Origin: Proteocatella sp.
GTDB taxonomy: Bacteria; Bacillota; Clostridia; Peptostreptococcales; Filifactoraceae
Reading direction: 5' to 3'
Assembly (NCBI GenBank): GCA_018060405.1
Contig: JAGOWC010000001.1
Coordinates: forward strand, 1 to 44,231
DNA: 44,231 bases
The number at the start of each line of letters is the position of its first letter. The first letter of the stretch is position 1. The position numbers were made by a program, and so were the translations under genes. Positions 1 through 8,982 of the stretch are shown piece by piece. The notes under the pieces are model-generated. The model saw nothing but the letters and a program-made list of their open reading frames with translations. It was not told the origin of the DNA and did not search any database.

Positions 1-230
1 AGACATGGACTGTAAACAGCTATGATGAGCTCAAGGAGTCATTTGAGGACAAGACAGGCTATGCTTATGCAATGCTTTGTGATGATCCTGCATGTGAAGA
101 AAAGATAAAGGATGAGACTGGAATAAGCACAAGATGTATGCCATTTGACAAGGTAGACCTTGGATACAACAAGTGTATAGTTTGTGGAAAAGAGACAGAC
201 AGAATGCTTATAATGGGTAAATCATACTAG
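1..230 (+). CDS. proS: Prolyl-tRNA ligase, archaeal/eukaryote-type, 3' partial (C-terminal Zn-binding domain)
   Basis: Frame from nt 3 translates TWTVNSYDELKESFEDKTGYAYAMLCDDPACEEKIKDETGISTRCMPFD...KCIVCGKETDRMLIMGKSY* (TAG 228-230). The CEEKIK.ETG..RC.PF...C..CG...Y-stop pattern is the ProRS C-terminal domain. Not in the ORF track. Confidence 0.9.
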   Translation, partial: TWTVNSYDELKESFEDKTGYAYAMLCDDPACEEKIKDETGISTRCMPFDKVDLGYNKCIVCGKETDRMLIMGKSY

Positions 231-251
231 AATATAGATAAAATGTATAAT

Positions 252-279
252 AAAAAAGACTGCATATGCAGTCTTTTTT
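252..279. terminator. Bidirectional intrinsic terminator between convergent proS and gdh
   Basis: Perfect 28-bp palindrome AAAAAAGACTGCAT|ATGCAGTCTTTTTT. Confidence 0.85.
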
Positions 280-301
280 GTGGTTATTTAAAGTCCGGAT
301 A

Positions 302-1558
302 TTAATACCATCCTCTTAGTTTCATAGCAACCTGGATTCTCTTGATACTCATCATGTAAGCAGCAGTTCTCATGTCAACCTTGAATTCATCCATAAGTTT
401 CCAGATGTCATCAAATGCTTTGTACATTAGGCCTTCCTGCTTATTTTGAACATCTTCGAATGTCCAGCTGAATCTCTGAAGGTTCTGAACCCACTCGAAG
501 TAAGAAACAGTAACTCCACCAGCATTTGCAAGTATGTCTGGAACAAGAAGTACGTTGTTCTCAGCAAGTATAGCATCAGCTTCTGGAGTAGTTGGTCCGT
601 TAGCTCCCTCACAAACAACTTTAGCTTTTATACTTCCAGCGTTTGCAGAAGTGATCTGATTCTCAAGTGCACATGGGATAAGTGCATCAAGCTCAAGAGC
701 GAAGAATTCTTCTTTAGTGATTTCTGTTCCGTAGTTGTCGTTTTTGATTGGTTTTACTGGATCCTTGAACATTCTTTCGATGTCGATTCCGTCTTCATTG
801 TATACTGTGCAGAATATATCTGATATAGCAACAACTTTAGCTCCAAGTCTGTGAGCGTAAAGAGCAGTGTAGCTTCCAACGTTTCCGAATCCCTGGATAG
901 CAACTCTTGCTCCCTTGAAGTCGATGTTAAGCTTCTCAACAGCAGCTTTTGCCATAAGAGCAACACCGTATCCAGTAGCTTCAGTTCTTGCAAGTGATCC
1001 ACCGAACTCAACTGGCTTTCCAGTGAATACGCCTGGAGCATATTCTCCAGTTACTTTCTCGTACTCGTCAACCATCCAAGCCATTATCTGTCCGTTAGTG
1101 TTAACGTCTGGTGCAGGTATATCTACTTTTTCTCCTATGAATGGAGCGATTGCTGCAGCGAATCCTCTTGAGATTCTCTCAAGCTCAGCTTTAGAGAAGT
1201 CTTTAGGATCGATAGCTATTCCACCTTTTCCTCCGCCGTAAGGTACTCCTGTAACTGAACACTTGAATGTCATCCATGTAGAAAGAGCCTTAACTTCGTC
1301 AAGAGTAACTCCTGGATGGAATCTTATTCCGCCCTTGTAAGGACCACACGCGTTGTTGTGCTGAGATCTGTAACCTGTTATTGTTTTAACTGAACCATCA
1401 TCCATCTTAACTGGGAATGATACTTCTACAACTCTCTGTGGAGTCTTTAAAATCTCATAAACTGCTGGTTCTGCGCCTAATTTGTCACAAGCATTTTTTA
1501 CCTGTCTTTGTGCAATTTCAAATGGATTAAGCGATTCTTGTACATTTTTTACTTCCAT
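302..1558 (-). CDS. gdh: Glu/Leu/Phe/Val-family dehydrogenase, most likely catabolic NAD-specific glutamate dehydrogenase
   Basis: Motifs GPYKGGIRFHP, GGGKGG, PAPDVNT, QGFGNVG, EGANGP, PDILANAGGV. Start moved to ATG 1558 (MEVKNV), which has a GAGGAG RBS. Confidence 0.95.
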   Translation of the reverse strand: MEVKNVQESLNPFEIAQRQVKNACDKLGAEPAVYEILKTPQRVVEVSFPVKMDDGSVKTITGYRSQHNNACGPYKGGIRFHPGVTLDEVKALSTWMTFKCSVTGVPYGGGKGGIAIDPKDFSKAELERISRGFAAAIAPFIGEKVDIPAPDVNTNGQIMAWMVDEYEKVTGEYAPGVFTGKPVEFGGSLARTEATGYGVALMAKAAVEKLNIDFKGARVAIQGFGNVGSYTALYAHRLGAKVVAISDIFCTVYNEDGIDIERMFKDPVKPIKNDNYGTEITKEEFFALELDALIPCALENQITSANAGSIKAKVVCEGANGPTTPEADAILAENNVLLVPDILANAGGVTVSYFEWVQNLQRFSWTFEDVQNKQEGLMYKAFDDIWKLMDEFKVDMRTAAYMMSIKRIQVAMKLRGWY

Positions 1559-1630
1559 CTTTAACACACTCCTCTTAATTATTAGTAGGTTTTTTAATAT
1601 GTATCTACTTAGAATACATTTACCAACTAT

Positions 1631-1659
1631 ATTATAGATTATATGCAAAAAGAATTCAA
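1631..1659 (-). promoter_or_regulatory. sigmaA-type promoter for gdh
   Basis: Minus strand TTGAAT-17bp-TATAAT. Confidence 0.6.
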
Positions 1660-1772
1660 CCCCTATAAATCCAAATTTTAACAGAGATTAACAATCTGTA
1701 AAATTCAGACAATAAAGAATATTTATTTAACAAATATATGGCATATTTCGAAAAAAAATAGATATTATGATA

Positions 1773-1801
1773 TTTACATCGAGGACAAACTTTGTTATAA
1801 T
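1773..1801 (+). promoter_or_regulatory. sigmaA-type promoter for ferredoxin
   Basis: TTTACA-17bp-TATAAT with extended -10 (TGnTATAAT). Confidence 0.65.
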
Positions 1802-1842
1802 CAGAGTGTAAATCAAACATAGTAAACAAGGAGGTAAGTGGT

Positions 1843-2013
1843 ATGGCATATGTAATAGGAGACGCTTGTATAAGCTGTGGAGCATGTGAAGCTGAATGTC
1901 CAGTTGGAGCAATTTCTGCAGGAGATGGAATCTATGTTGTAAATGCAGATTCTTGTATAGACTGTGGAGCATGTGCTGGAGTATGTCCAGTAGACGCACC
2001 AAAGCCAGAATAA
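1843..2013 (+). CDS. fdx: Clostridial-type 2[4Fe-4S] ferredoxin, 56 aa
   Basis: MAYVIGDACISCGACEAECPVGAISAGDGIYVVNADSCIDCGACAGVCPVDAPKPE*; two CxxCxxCxxxCP motifs; AAGGAGGT RBS. Below the ORF-track size cutoff. Confidence 0.97.
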   Translation: MAYVIGDACISCGACEAECPVGAISAGDGIYVVNADSCIDCGACAGVCPVDAPKPE

Positions 2014-2030
2014 TACTTATTATAAAAATG

Positions 2031-2065
2031 AAAGAGATTTTGAAATTTCAAGATCTCTTTTTTTT
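2031..2065 (+). terminator. Intrinsic terminator after fdx
   Basis: AAAGAGATTTTGAA/TTCAAGATCTCTTT stem followed by a T-run. Confidence 0.75.
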
Positions 2066-2121
2066 GCGAAAATAATCTGTTCTGCAAATTAATGCATTAT
2101 AACGCAGCAACTTCATTTATA

Positions 2122-2150
2122 TTGACAAACACGGCTCAATAAAGTAGAAT
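2122..2150 (+). promoter_or_regulatory. sigmaA-type promoter of the pyr operon
   Basis: TTGACA-17bp-TAGAAT. Confidence 0.8.
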
Positions 2151-2178
2151 TAATTAAATATAACTTATTAACAATCAG

Positions 2179-2213
2179 CTCTTTTAACTTAGTACAGAGA
2201 GACTAACAAGGAG
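2179..2213 (+). promoter_or_regulatory. PyrR-binding RNA hairpin overlapping the pyrB Shine-Dalgarno
   Basis: CTCTTTTAACTTAGTACAGAGAGACTAACAAGGAG matches the PyrR consensus (UUUAA ... AGUcCAGAGAGGCU ... AAGG). It lies directly upstream of pyrB ATG 2219. Confidence 0.8.
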
Positions 2214-2218
2214 GAAAT

Positions 2219-3148
2219 ATGAGGCACTTAACTGAAATCAGTGATTTTTCTGTTGAAGAAATCTCACAGCTTATTAGCGTATCCAGAGACATAATGACCA
2301 CTCCGCAATCATACATTGATGCGATGAGGGGCAAGGTGATGGCTACGCTTTTTTATGAACCATCAACAAGAACGAAATTCAGCTTTGAAGCAGCAATGCA
2401 GAGGCTTGGCGGGTCAGTGATTGGCTTTTCAGGAGCAGAAAACACATCTGCAGCAAAGGGTGAGACACTCAGCGACACAGTAAGGATGGTTTCTGCATAT
2501 GCAGATCTTATAGTGATGAGGCATTATATCGCAGGGGCTCCAATGCAGTCAGCAAAGATATCCGAGGTTCCTGTCATAAACGCAGGAGACGGCGGGAATC
2601 AGCATCCAACGCAGACTCTCACGGATCTTGTAACCATAAGCAGAGAGATGGGAAGGCTAGACAATCTCAACATTGCAGTAGCTGGAGATCTCAAGTACGG
2701 AAGGACCGTACATTCTCTGGTAAAAGCCATGGTAAGATACCCTGGAAACAAATTCTATTTTGTATCGCCAGAGGAACTTAAAATGCCAGATTATGTAAAA
2801 GAACTGCTTTCAGAGAGCCAGTACGAGGAAGTTCAGAGCCTTGAGGATGTTCTTGGAGATTCAGATGTCCTTTACATGACGAGGATACAAAAAGAAAGAT
2901 TTGAAGATGTCAGGGAATACGACAGACTCAATGGAACATATATACTCGACGCAGAAAAAATGAAGAGTGCTTCAGAGAATATGATAGTAATGCATCCGCT
3001 ACCAAGAGTAAATGAAATAACAGAGGAAGTGGACAGCGATCCGAGAGCAAAATACTTTCAGCAGGCGAAATACGGTATGTATGCAAGAATGGCGCTTATA
3101 CTCATGCTTGAAGACATGAAGAAAAGAGGGCAGCATGATACTAATTAA
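2219..3148 (+). CDS. pyrB: Aspartate carbamoyltransferase catalytic subunit
   Basis: FYEPSTRT, HPTQ, GDLKYGRTVHSL, MHPLPR motifs. Confidence 0.97.
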   Translation: MRHLTEISDFSVEEISQLISVSRDIMTTPQSYIDAMRGKVMATLFYEPSTRTKFSFEAAMQRLGGSVIGFSGAENTSAAKGETLSDTVRMVSAYADLIVMRHYIAGAPMQSAKISEVPVINAGDGGNQHPTQTLTDLVTISREMGRLDNLNIAVAGDLKYGRTVHSLVKAMVRYPGNKFYFVSPEELKMPDYVKELLSESQYEEVQSLEDVLGDSDVLYMTRIQKERFEDVREYDRLNGTYILDAEKMKSASENMIVMHPLPRVNEITEEVDSDPRAKYFQQAKYGMYARMALILMLEDMKKRGQHDTN

Positions 3149-4304
3149 GAATGCTGTGCTGACAGATGAAAATATAGAAATTAATGATGACATCCTTATA
3201 GAAGGAAAGCTCATAAAATATATAGGAAAAGATAAAATCGAGAGCTTTATTAAAAATGGAGAAAAAGCTGACCTCAAAGTGATCGATGCGCAGGGGAGAT
3301 ACCTCCTTCCATCCTTTACGGACATGCATTTTCATCTCAGAAACCCGGGACTTGAATACAAGCAGACATACACAGAAGCAAATGACGCCTGCCTGAGGGG
3401 AGGTTACACAAGGGTAGTGGCAATGGCCAATACAGTTCCTGTGGCAGATTGCTCAGAGGTCATCCAAACAGTGGCTGACAGCATGAGAGATCTTCCGCTT
3501 GAGGTAATCCAGATAGCTTCGGTTACAAAGAGCCTTCAGGGAAAAGAACTCGTGGATTTTGAAGAGCTCATGAAATACACAGACATTTTCTCAGATGATG
3601 GCAAGAATGTGGATAATCCCGAGATCCTCAGAGAGGCTCTTAAGAAATCCGCAGAGCTTGGATTCACGATACTTGATCACGACGAGCCTGAGACCGAGAT
3701 GGTGAGAAGAAACCTCCAGATACTGAGAGAGACCGGAGGGAATCTTCATTTCTGCCATATAAGCAGGAAAGAGTCTATGCAGCTCATAATAAAGGCAAAG
3801 GCAGAAGGCCTGAAAGTAACCGTTGAAGTTACGCCGCACCATCTGTTCAGCCATGGCCTTGACTACAGGGTCAATCCGCCGATTGCATCAGAGGAAGACG
3901 TGAAATTTCTGATAGAAAGCATTAAGAATGGGCATGTAGATGTCATCGGGACAGATCATGCGCCTCATACAGAAGCAGACAAGGCAAACGGAGCGCCTGG
4001 AATAATAAATATAGAAACTGCATACGCAATGATAAGAAAGGTTTTCAAGGAAAATGCCATATCCATGAAGACTCTTGCAAAACTCATGTCCAACAATCCT
4101 TCGTTCATGACGGGAACGGACAGCCATATAAGAGAGGGCAGTGAGGCAAATCTGGTAATACTCAGTGACGAAGCCTGGAAAATAGACAGCACGAAATTCG
4201 TCACAAGAAGCAGAAACACGCCGTATGATGGCTGGGAAGTAGTTGGAAAGGTAGAATACACGATAGCAAAAGGAGAGATTGTTTATGATAATGCAGGAGC
4301 TTAG
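3135..4304 (+). CDS. pyrC: Dihydroorotase
   Basis: DMHFHLRNPG, MANT, EVTPHHL, VNPP, GTDHAPH motifs; pyr operon context. Confidence 0.92.
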   Translation: MILIKNAVLTDENIEINDDILIEGKLIKYIGKDKIESFIKNGEKADLKVIDAQGRYLLPSFTDMHFHLRNPGLEYKQTYTEANDACLRGGYTRVVAMANTVPVADCSEVIQTVADSMRDLPLEVIQIASVTKSLQGKELVDFEELMKYTDIFSDDGKNVDNPEILREALKKSAELGFTILDHDEPETEMVRRNLQILRETGGNLHFCHISRKESMQLIIKAKAEGLKVTVEVTPHHLFSHGLDYRVNPPIASEEDVKFLIESIKNGHVDVIGTDHAPHTEADKANGAPGIINIETAYAMIRKVFKENAISMKTLAKLMSNNPSFMTGTDSHIREGSEANLVILSDEAWKIDSTKFVTRSRNTPYDGWEVVGKVEYTIAKGEIVYDNAGA

Positions 4305-5133
4305 GAACAGAGCGATAGAGGCAAGCCCTCTTTGTGTGGGGATAGATTTGAGACCGGACCATGTTCCGGCAGAAATAAGAAATTCGATAAAAGAGATAGA
4401 TGAGCAGTACGTGCAGTATGCAAAGGAGATAATTGCCGCATCAGGAGAGTATGCTTCATGCTTCAAGGTTCAGATAGCGTGTTATGAATCAGAAGGGCTT
4501 TCGGGGCTCAGAGCATACAGCCAGATACTGAAGATGATAAGATCAAATGGACATATAGCAATAGCTGACATAAAACGCGGAGACATAGGCTCCACTGCTG
4601 AAATGTATGCAAAGGGCCATTTTGAAGGGGATTTTGAAGCAGACATCCTTACTCTCAACGCATATATGGGAGAAGATGCTGTAAAGCCTTATGCAAAATA
4701 TTTCAGGGAAAAAAACAAAGGCGCATTCATACTTGCAAAAACTTCAAATCCAGGCTCAAGAAACTTCCAGGACCTTAAGATTGAAGAGGACCCTCTGTAT
4801 TCAAGGGTGCTTGACAAGATACATGAGTGGGGAAAAGAAGAAGAGCCTGAGGCTGAGTTCCCTTCGTTTGGCGCAGTAGTAGGAGTCAACAACCTCAATG
4901 AGCTCGATATAATCAGGCAGAAAACAAGAGACATATTCCTTCTTATTCCGGGATATGGAGCGCAAGGCGCAAAGATAGAAGACATCGCCAGCATAGTAAG
5001 CGAGAGAAAAAACGGCGTGGTAAACGTTTCAAGAGGATATACGGCAAATCTTCCAGAACATGGAGATTTCAGAAAAGAGCTTGTAAAAAGAGCACAGGAT
5101 CTGGCAAAGGAGCTTAGAGTATGTTTCAGGTAA
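4285..5133 (+). CDS. pyrF: Orotidine-5'-phosphate decarboxylase
   Basis: LCVGID, FKVQIA, ADIKRGDIGST, LIPGYGAQG, VNVSR motifs. ATG 4285 chosen for RBS spacing (TTG 4279 is an alternative). Confidence 0.95.
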   Translation: MIMQELRNRAIEASPLCVGIDLRPDHVPAEIRNSIKEIDEQYVQYAKEIIAASGEYASCFKVQIACYESEGLSGLRAYSQILKMIRSNGHIAIADIKRGDIGSTAEMYAKGHFEGDFEADILTLNAYMGEDAVKPYAKYFREKNKGAFILAKTSNPGSRNFQDLKIEEDPLYSRVLDKIHEWGKEEEPEAEFPSFGAVVGVNNLNELDIIRQKTRDIFLLIPGYGAQGAKIEDIASIVSERKNGVVNVSRGYTANLPEHGDFRKELVKRAQDLAKELRVCFR

Positions 5134-5822
5134 GAGAGCAGGAGATAATATTCAATGAGAAGATAGCAGGAGACATTTATCTGATGAAGATTTCCGGAAG
5201 CTATGAGGTAAAGGAAGGACAGTTCTTCATGCTCAAGGCAGAAGGCAGAGACATGACCCTTTTCAGGCCGATAAGCATATTTGACTGTGACAGCTATGGT
5301 GTGAGCTTTCTCTATTCGGTGAGAGGAAAGGGCACGGAGATCTTTTCTAAAATGAAGGAATCAGACACCATGCTGCTACACGGGCCTTACGGAAATGGAT
5401 TTCCAAAGACTGAGGGAAAGATCGCCATGGTAGCCGGAGGAATCGGAATGGCTCCGCTTTACCTCACAGCAAGGAGAAACCCTGGCAGCGACCTCTATAT
5501 AGGGATAAGAGAAGATCTCTACAGCCAGGAGGAGCTTCAGCTTCTGGAAGGGCTTTTTGAAGGCTGCAGCGTCAAGTTCAAGATTGGCGGACTGATAACT
5601 GAAATAATAGATTTTGATAAATACGACAGCGTCTTTACCTGTGGGCCTGAAGTCATGATGAAGGCAGTGAGCGAGCTTCACCAGGATGTGTATGTTTCTC
5701 TCGAGAAGCATATGGGATGCGGACTTGGAGCCTGCCTTTCATGCTCATGCAAGGTCGGAGGGAAAATGGTAAAGGTATGCAAGGACGGTCCCGTTTTCAA
5801 AGGAACTGAGGTGAATTTCTAA
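5121..5822 (+). CDS. pyrK: Dihydroorotate dehydrogenase electron transfer subunit
   Basis: RPIS, GPYGNGF, AGGIG, CGP and [11 protein letters not shown]...CKDGPVF [2Fe-2S] motif. Confidence 0.95.
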   Translation: MFQVREQEIIFNEKIAGDIYLMKISGSYEVKEGQFFMLKAEGRDMTLFRPISIFDCDSYGVSFLYSVRGKGTEIFSKMKESDTMLLHGPYGNGFPKTEGKIAMVAGGIGMAPLYLTARRNPGSDLYIGIREDLYSQEELQLLEGLFEGCSVKFKIGGLITEIIDFDKYDSVFTCGPEVMMKAVSELHQDVYVSLEKHMGCGLGACLSCSCKVGGKMVKVCKDGPVFKGTEVNF

Positions 5823-6727
5823 TGAGACAGACAGTATTTGGAAAAGATTTCAAGAATCCTGTGATAGGAGCATCCGGGACATTTGGATTTGGCAGGGAGT
5901 ATGATCAGTTTTATGATATATCAATCCTCGGTGGAGTTTCTTCAAAGGGGCTCACTATAAATCCGAAAGACGGGAACACCGGCATAAGGATAACCGAGAC
6001 ACCGAGCGGGATAATGAACTCGATAGGCCTGGAAAATCCTGGAGTAAGAGCATTTCTTGACACTGAGCTGGAATTCATGAAGAGCAGGGACATAGTAGTG
6101 CTTGCAAACGTGGGCGGATCAGACCTTGAAAGCTACAAAGAAGCAGTATCCATGATAGATGATCATTCAAAGAAAACAGGCGGAGTAGACATAATAGAGC
6201 TGAACATATCCTGCCCCAATGTTAAACAGGGCGGAATGGCATTTGGGATAAATGCATGCGATGCAGAGTTCATAACAGGAGAAATAAGAAAGCTGACTGA
6301 CCTTCCTCTTGTTGTAAAGCTCTCGCCAAATGCAAACAATCTTGTAGAGGTTGCAAAGGCTGTGGAATCAGCAGGCGCCGACGGGCTTTCGCTTGTAAAT
6401 ACATTCAATGCGCTCGACATAGACATAAAATCGAGAAAAGCAACATTTGACAACATATATGCAGGGCTTTCCGGTCCGGCGATAATGCCTATAGCACTCA
6501 GGATGACAAGGGATGTATGTAAAAACGTGAAAATCCCGGTTATAGGAATGGGAGGCATAACAACGGCGGAGGATGCCATAAAATTCATAATGGCAGGCGC
6601 GACCCTGATACAGTTTGGGACAGCATCATTCATGAATCCCATGGCCGGACATGACATAGTAAAAGGAATGGAAATATATTTTTCACAGGAAAACTTAAAA
6701 ATTGAAGAAATAAGAGGTATAATATAA
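5822..6727 (+). CDS. pyrD: Dihydroorotate dehydrogenase B catalytic subunit
   Basis: [35 protein letters not shown] motifs. Confidence 0.96.
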   Translation: MRQTVFGKDFKNPVIGASGTFGFGREYDQFYDISILGGVSSKGLTINPKDGNTGIRITETPSGIMNSIGLENPGVRAFLDTELEFMKSRDIVVLANVGGSDLESYKEAVSMIDDHSKKTGGVDIIELNISCPNVKQGGMAFGINACDAEFITGEIRKLTDLPLVVKLSPNANNLVEVAKAVESAGADGLSLVNTFNALDIDIKSRKATFDNIYAGLSGPAIMPIALRMTRDVCKNVKIPVIGMGGITTAEDAIKFIMAGATLIQFGTASFMNPMAGHDIVKGMEIYFSQENLKIEEIRGII

Positions 6728-6728
6728 G

Positions 6729-7283
6729 ATGATAGAAATATTAAAAGACAGTCAGGCCCTTCTTGAAGGACATTTTTTGCTAACATCGGGAAAGCATTCC
6801 AACAGATATGTTCAGTGTGCCAAAGTGCTTAGATTTCCTGACAAGGCCGAGGCAATCCTGAAGCCGGTAGCCGAAAAGCTTAAAGAGATGGAAATAGATC
6901 TTCTTGTAGGACCGGCAATGGGTGGTATAATAGTAGCATATGAACTTGGCAGACAGCTGCATAAAGAAGCAATCTTTACAGAGAGAGTAGATGGAAAGAT
7001 GGAGCTCAGAAGAGGCTTTGAAATAAAGCCGGGCCAGAGAATAGTAATATGCGAGGATGTAGTTACGACAGCCAAATCCTCACTGGAGGTAAAGGCTCTT
7101 CTTGAATCGATGGGCGGAGAAGTAATCGCGCTTGCTTCGATAATCGACAGAACCACAGGCAATGTTGATATAGATGTCATCAGCTCCATAAAGCTGGAGA
7201 TAGAGACATATGATCCGGATGACTGCCCTATGTGCAGGCAGGGGATAGAATATATCAAACCTGGGAGCAGAAACATAAAATAG
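6729..7283 (+). CDS. pyrE: Orotate phosphoribosyltransferase
   Basis: GHFLLTSGKHS, GPAMGG, PRPP-binding VICEDVVTT. Confidence 0.95.
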   Translation: MIEILKDSQALLEGHFLLTSGKHSNRYVQCAKVLRFPDKAEAILKPVAEKLKEMEIDLLVGPAMGGIIVAYELGRQLHKEAIFTERVDGKMELRRGFEIKPGQRIVICEDVVTTAKSSLEVKALLESMGGEVIALASIIDRTTGNVDIDVISSIKLEIETYDPDDCPMCRQGIEYIKPGSRNIK

Positions 7284-7331
7284 ACCTTGATAAGGCTGTC
7301 AAGACTGTAAACAGAAAAGGAAAGAGATATA

Positions 7332-8618
7332 ATGCAAATATTTAATCTACAGAACCTGAACAAATGGCAGGAAGTTCCCAAAATCATATATAAGCCACTG
7401 AGCGTTACAGATTCCAGTATCTATTTCGAAAAGATAGTTCTGGGCCTGGAGGATTCCTGGAGCGAAGGAATATGGGAATATGACAAATTCAGCCATGTCA
7501 TGAACAGGCTTGACAAAGGCCATCATGCTGAGAATGTACAGCTTTACGATTTTGATACGCCTATCAATTATATAAGCAGCAATGTCGAAGGAAGCCTTGA
7601 CAAACTTTATTTCACGACCATAACTGAAGTAGGGGATGATGACTTCATAGAGTTTTTTGAAATAGACCTTGAATCAAGAATTCAGAGGAACATCCTCAGC
7701 TTTACCTTTGACAAGGATGCTTTCTTATACAAAAAAATGGAAATCCTGGCTCCAGGATACATACTTTTCTGGCTCAGCTATGATCTGGAACTTGCAGACA
7801 GCGACTTTTTTGACAGCATATATCTGCTTGACGTAAAAGAAAAAAAATATTATGAAATACTCGATGATGCATTCAACATAAACTCCGGGACAAGGATACT
7901 CACAGGAGAGACCTTCAAGGAGCAGTATCTGTTCATAGAAGAATATTACCTGAGCGAGGAGGAACAGCTGGAGGTGCTCACCTCAGAAGAGGTGGAGCTT
8001 GCATTTGACCTTCCGGGAGATCTCGAGCCTGCACAGGTACATGTGAATGCCATAAAAGGCATAAAACTTTCAGATTTCATAGACCAGGTGAAGAACGATG
8101 AGAAATATATCGATTTTGATATAATAGATGAATTAGATCAGGAGGGCATTATAAGGCTCATAGGACACTCTGACAAGGCAGTCTACTATCGAAAAGAATA
8201 TTATGAGTTCATCCTGAGCCAGAAGAATGATTTCATGTCCAGAAGAAAAATCGGGCGCAGCGAGATATACAGAGTCGACATGAATACGCTTGAAAAAAGC
8301 TATTTGAAGGATGTCGACAGGGGATCGACTATAATCGTAAACAATGACAGTATTTTTGAAGTCATTGAGTTTAATGACAGGTCAGAGCTGCTGGATATTG
8401 AAACCCATGAGACGAGATTTACATTCAAAAAAACTCCATTCAGAGACTGGAAGTATGAGATCGTTGACTTCAAGAACAATGAATTCCTGATTGTCAGCAT
8501 GTCAAGTCCAACAGAAGAGATTGGAAGGGCCTATCACATTGTGGATGTATCCACGAGAGAAACCGTGATAACCGGCAGTGATATTCTTACCGTTGATAAC
8601 TACATTTTTGTTATTTGA
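7332..8618 (+). CDS. Hypothetical acidic cytoplasmic protein (428 aa)
   Basis: Long ORF with host-like codon usage and a purine-rich RBS; no recognisable motif; D/E- and aromatic-rich. Confidence 0.8.
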   Translation: MQIFNLQNLNKWQEVPKIIYKPLSVTDSSIYFEKIVLGLEDSWSEGIWEYDKFSHVMNRLDKGHHAENVQLYDFDTPINYISSNVEGSLDKLYFTTITEVGDDDFIEFFEIDLESRIQRNILSFTFDKDAFLYKKMEILAPGYILFWLSYDLELADSDFFDSIYLLDVKEKKYYEILDDAFNINSGTRILTGETFKEQYLFIEEYYLSEEEQLEVLTSEEVELAFDLPGDLEPAQVHVNAIKGIKLSDFIDQVKNDEKYIDFDIIDELDQEGIIRLIGHSDKAVYYRKEYYEFILSQKNDFMSRRKIGRSEIYRVDMNTLEKSYLKDVDRGSTIIVNNDSIFEVIEFNDRSELLDIETHETRFTFKKTPFRDWKYEIVDFKNNEFLIVSMSSPTEEIGRAYHIVDVSTRETVITGSDILTVDNYIFVI

Positions 8619-8643
8619 CAAAACTTTAACCAAATGATAAGAT
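8615..8643 (+). promoter_or_regulatory. sigmaA-type promoter for the [2Fe-2S] protein/hydrogenase pair
   Basis: TTGACA (overlapping the upstream stop codon)-17bp-TAAGAT with TGn extension. Confidence 0.6.
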
Positions 8644-8664
8644 AATCTAAAAGGAGAGAAATAT

Positions 8665-8934
8665 ATGATAAAAGTTGAGATATGCACTGGGTCGAGATGT
8701 ATGATGGAAGGTGCATCTACCATTTTTGACATTCTTGAAGATCTTTCTGAGGAAATCACGGAGAGACATCCTGAAATAAAGATTGAAATCGAAAATTCAA
8801 AATGCAGACAATACTGCAAAAAGGACCCGGGGCTTGTTCCTGTGGTAGAAATCAATGGAGAAGTAGTCTTCAATGCATCCACACAGGTAGTCATGGAAAA
8901 GGTAATGGATCTCGTAAAGCTTGAAATTCAATAA
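8665..8934 (+). CDS. Thioredoxin-like [2Fe-2S] ferredoxin (NuoE/HfsA-like)
   Basis: CTGSRC ... CRQYC (Cx4C-x35-Cx3C) followed by PVVEING; AAGGAG RBS. Confidence 0.85.
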   Translation: MIKVEICTGSRCMMEGASTIFDILEDLSEEITERHPEIKIEIENSKCRQYCKKDPGLVPVVEINGEVVFNASTQVVMEKVMDLVKLEIQ

Positions 8935-8982
8935 AACAGCATAAACTATTTAAAAATTATAATACAAACAAGGGGACCGGCT

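Noticed and set aside
1727-2002. 91-aa minus-strand ORF with an internal repeat (HMLHSLYK twice)
   Set aside because: Antisense shadow of the ferredoxin; the repeat mirrors its duplicated Cys motif
6163-6786. Long antisense or alternate-frame ORFs (also 3888-4466, 6812-7387, 21868-22530, 23866-24456, 30282-30899, 37052-37627, 42083-42682)
   Set aside because: They overlap well-supported genes, and I saw no RBS or motif; typical codon-bias shadows
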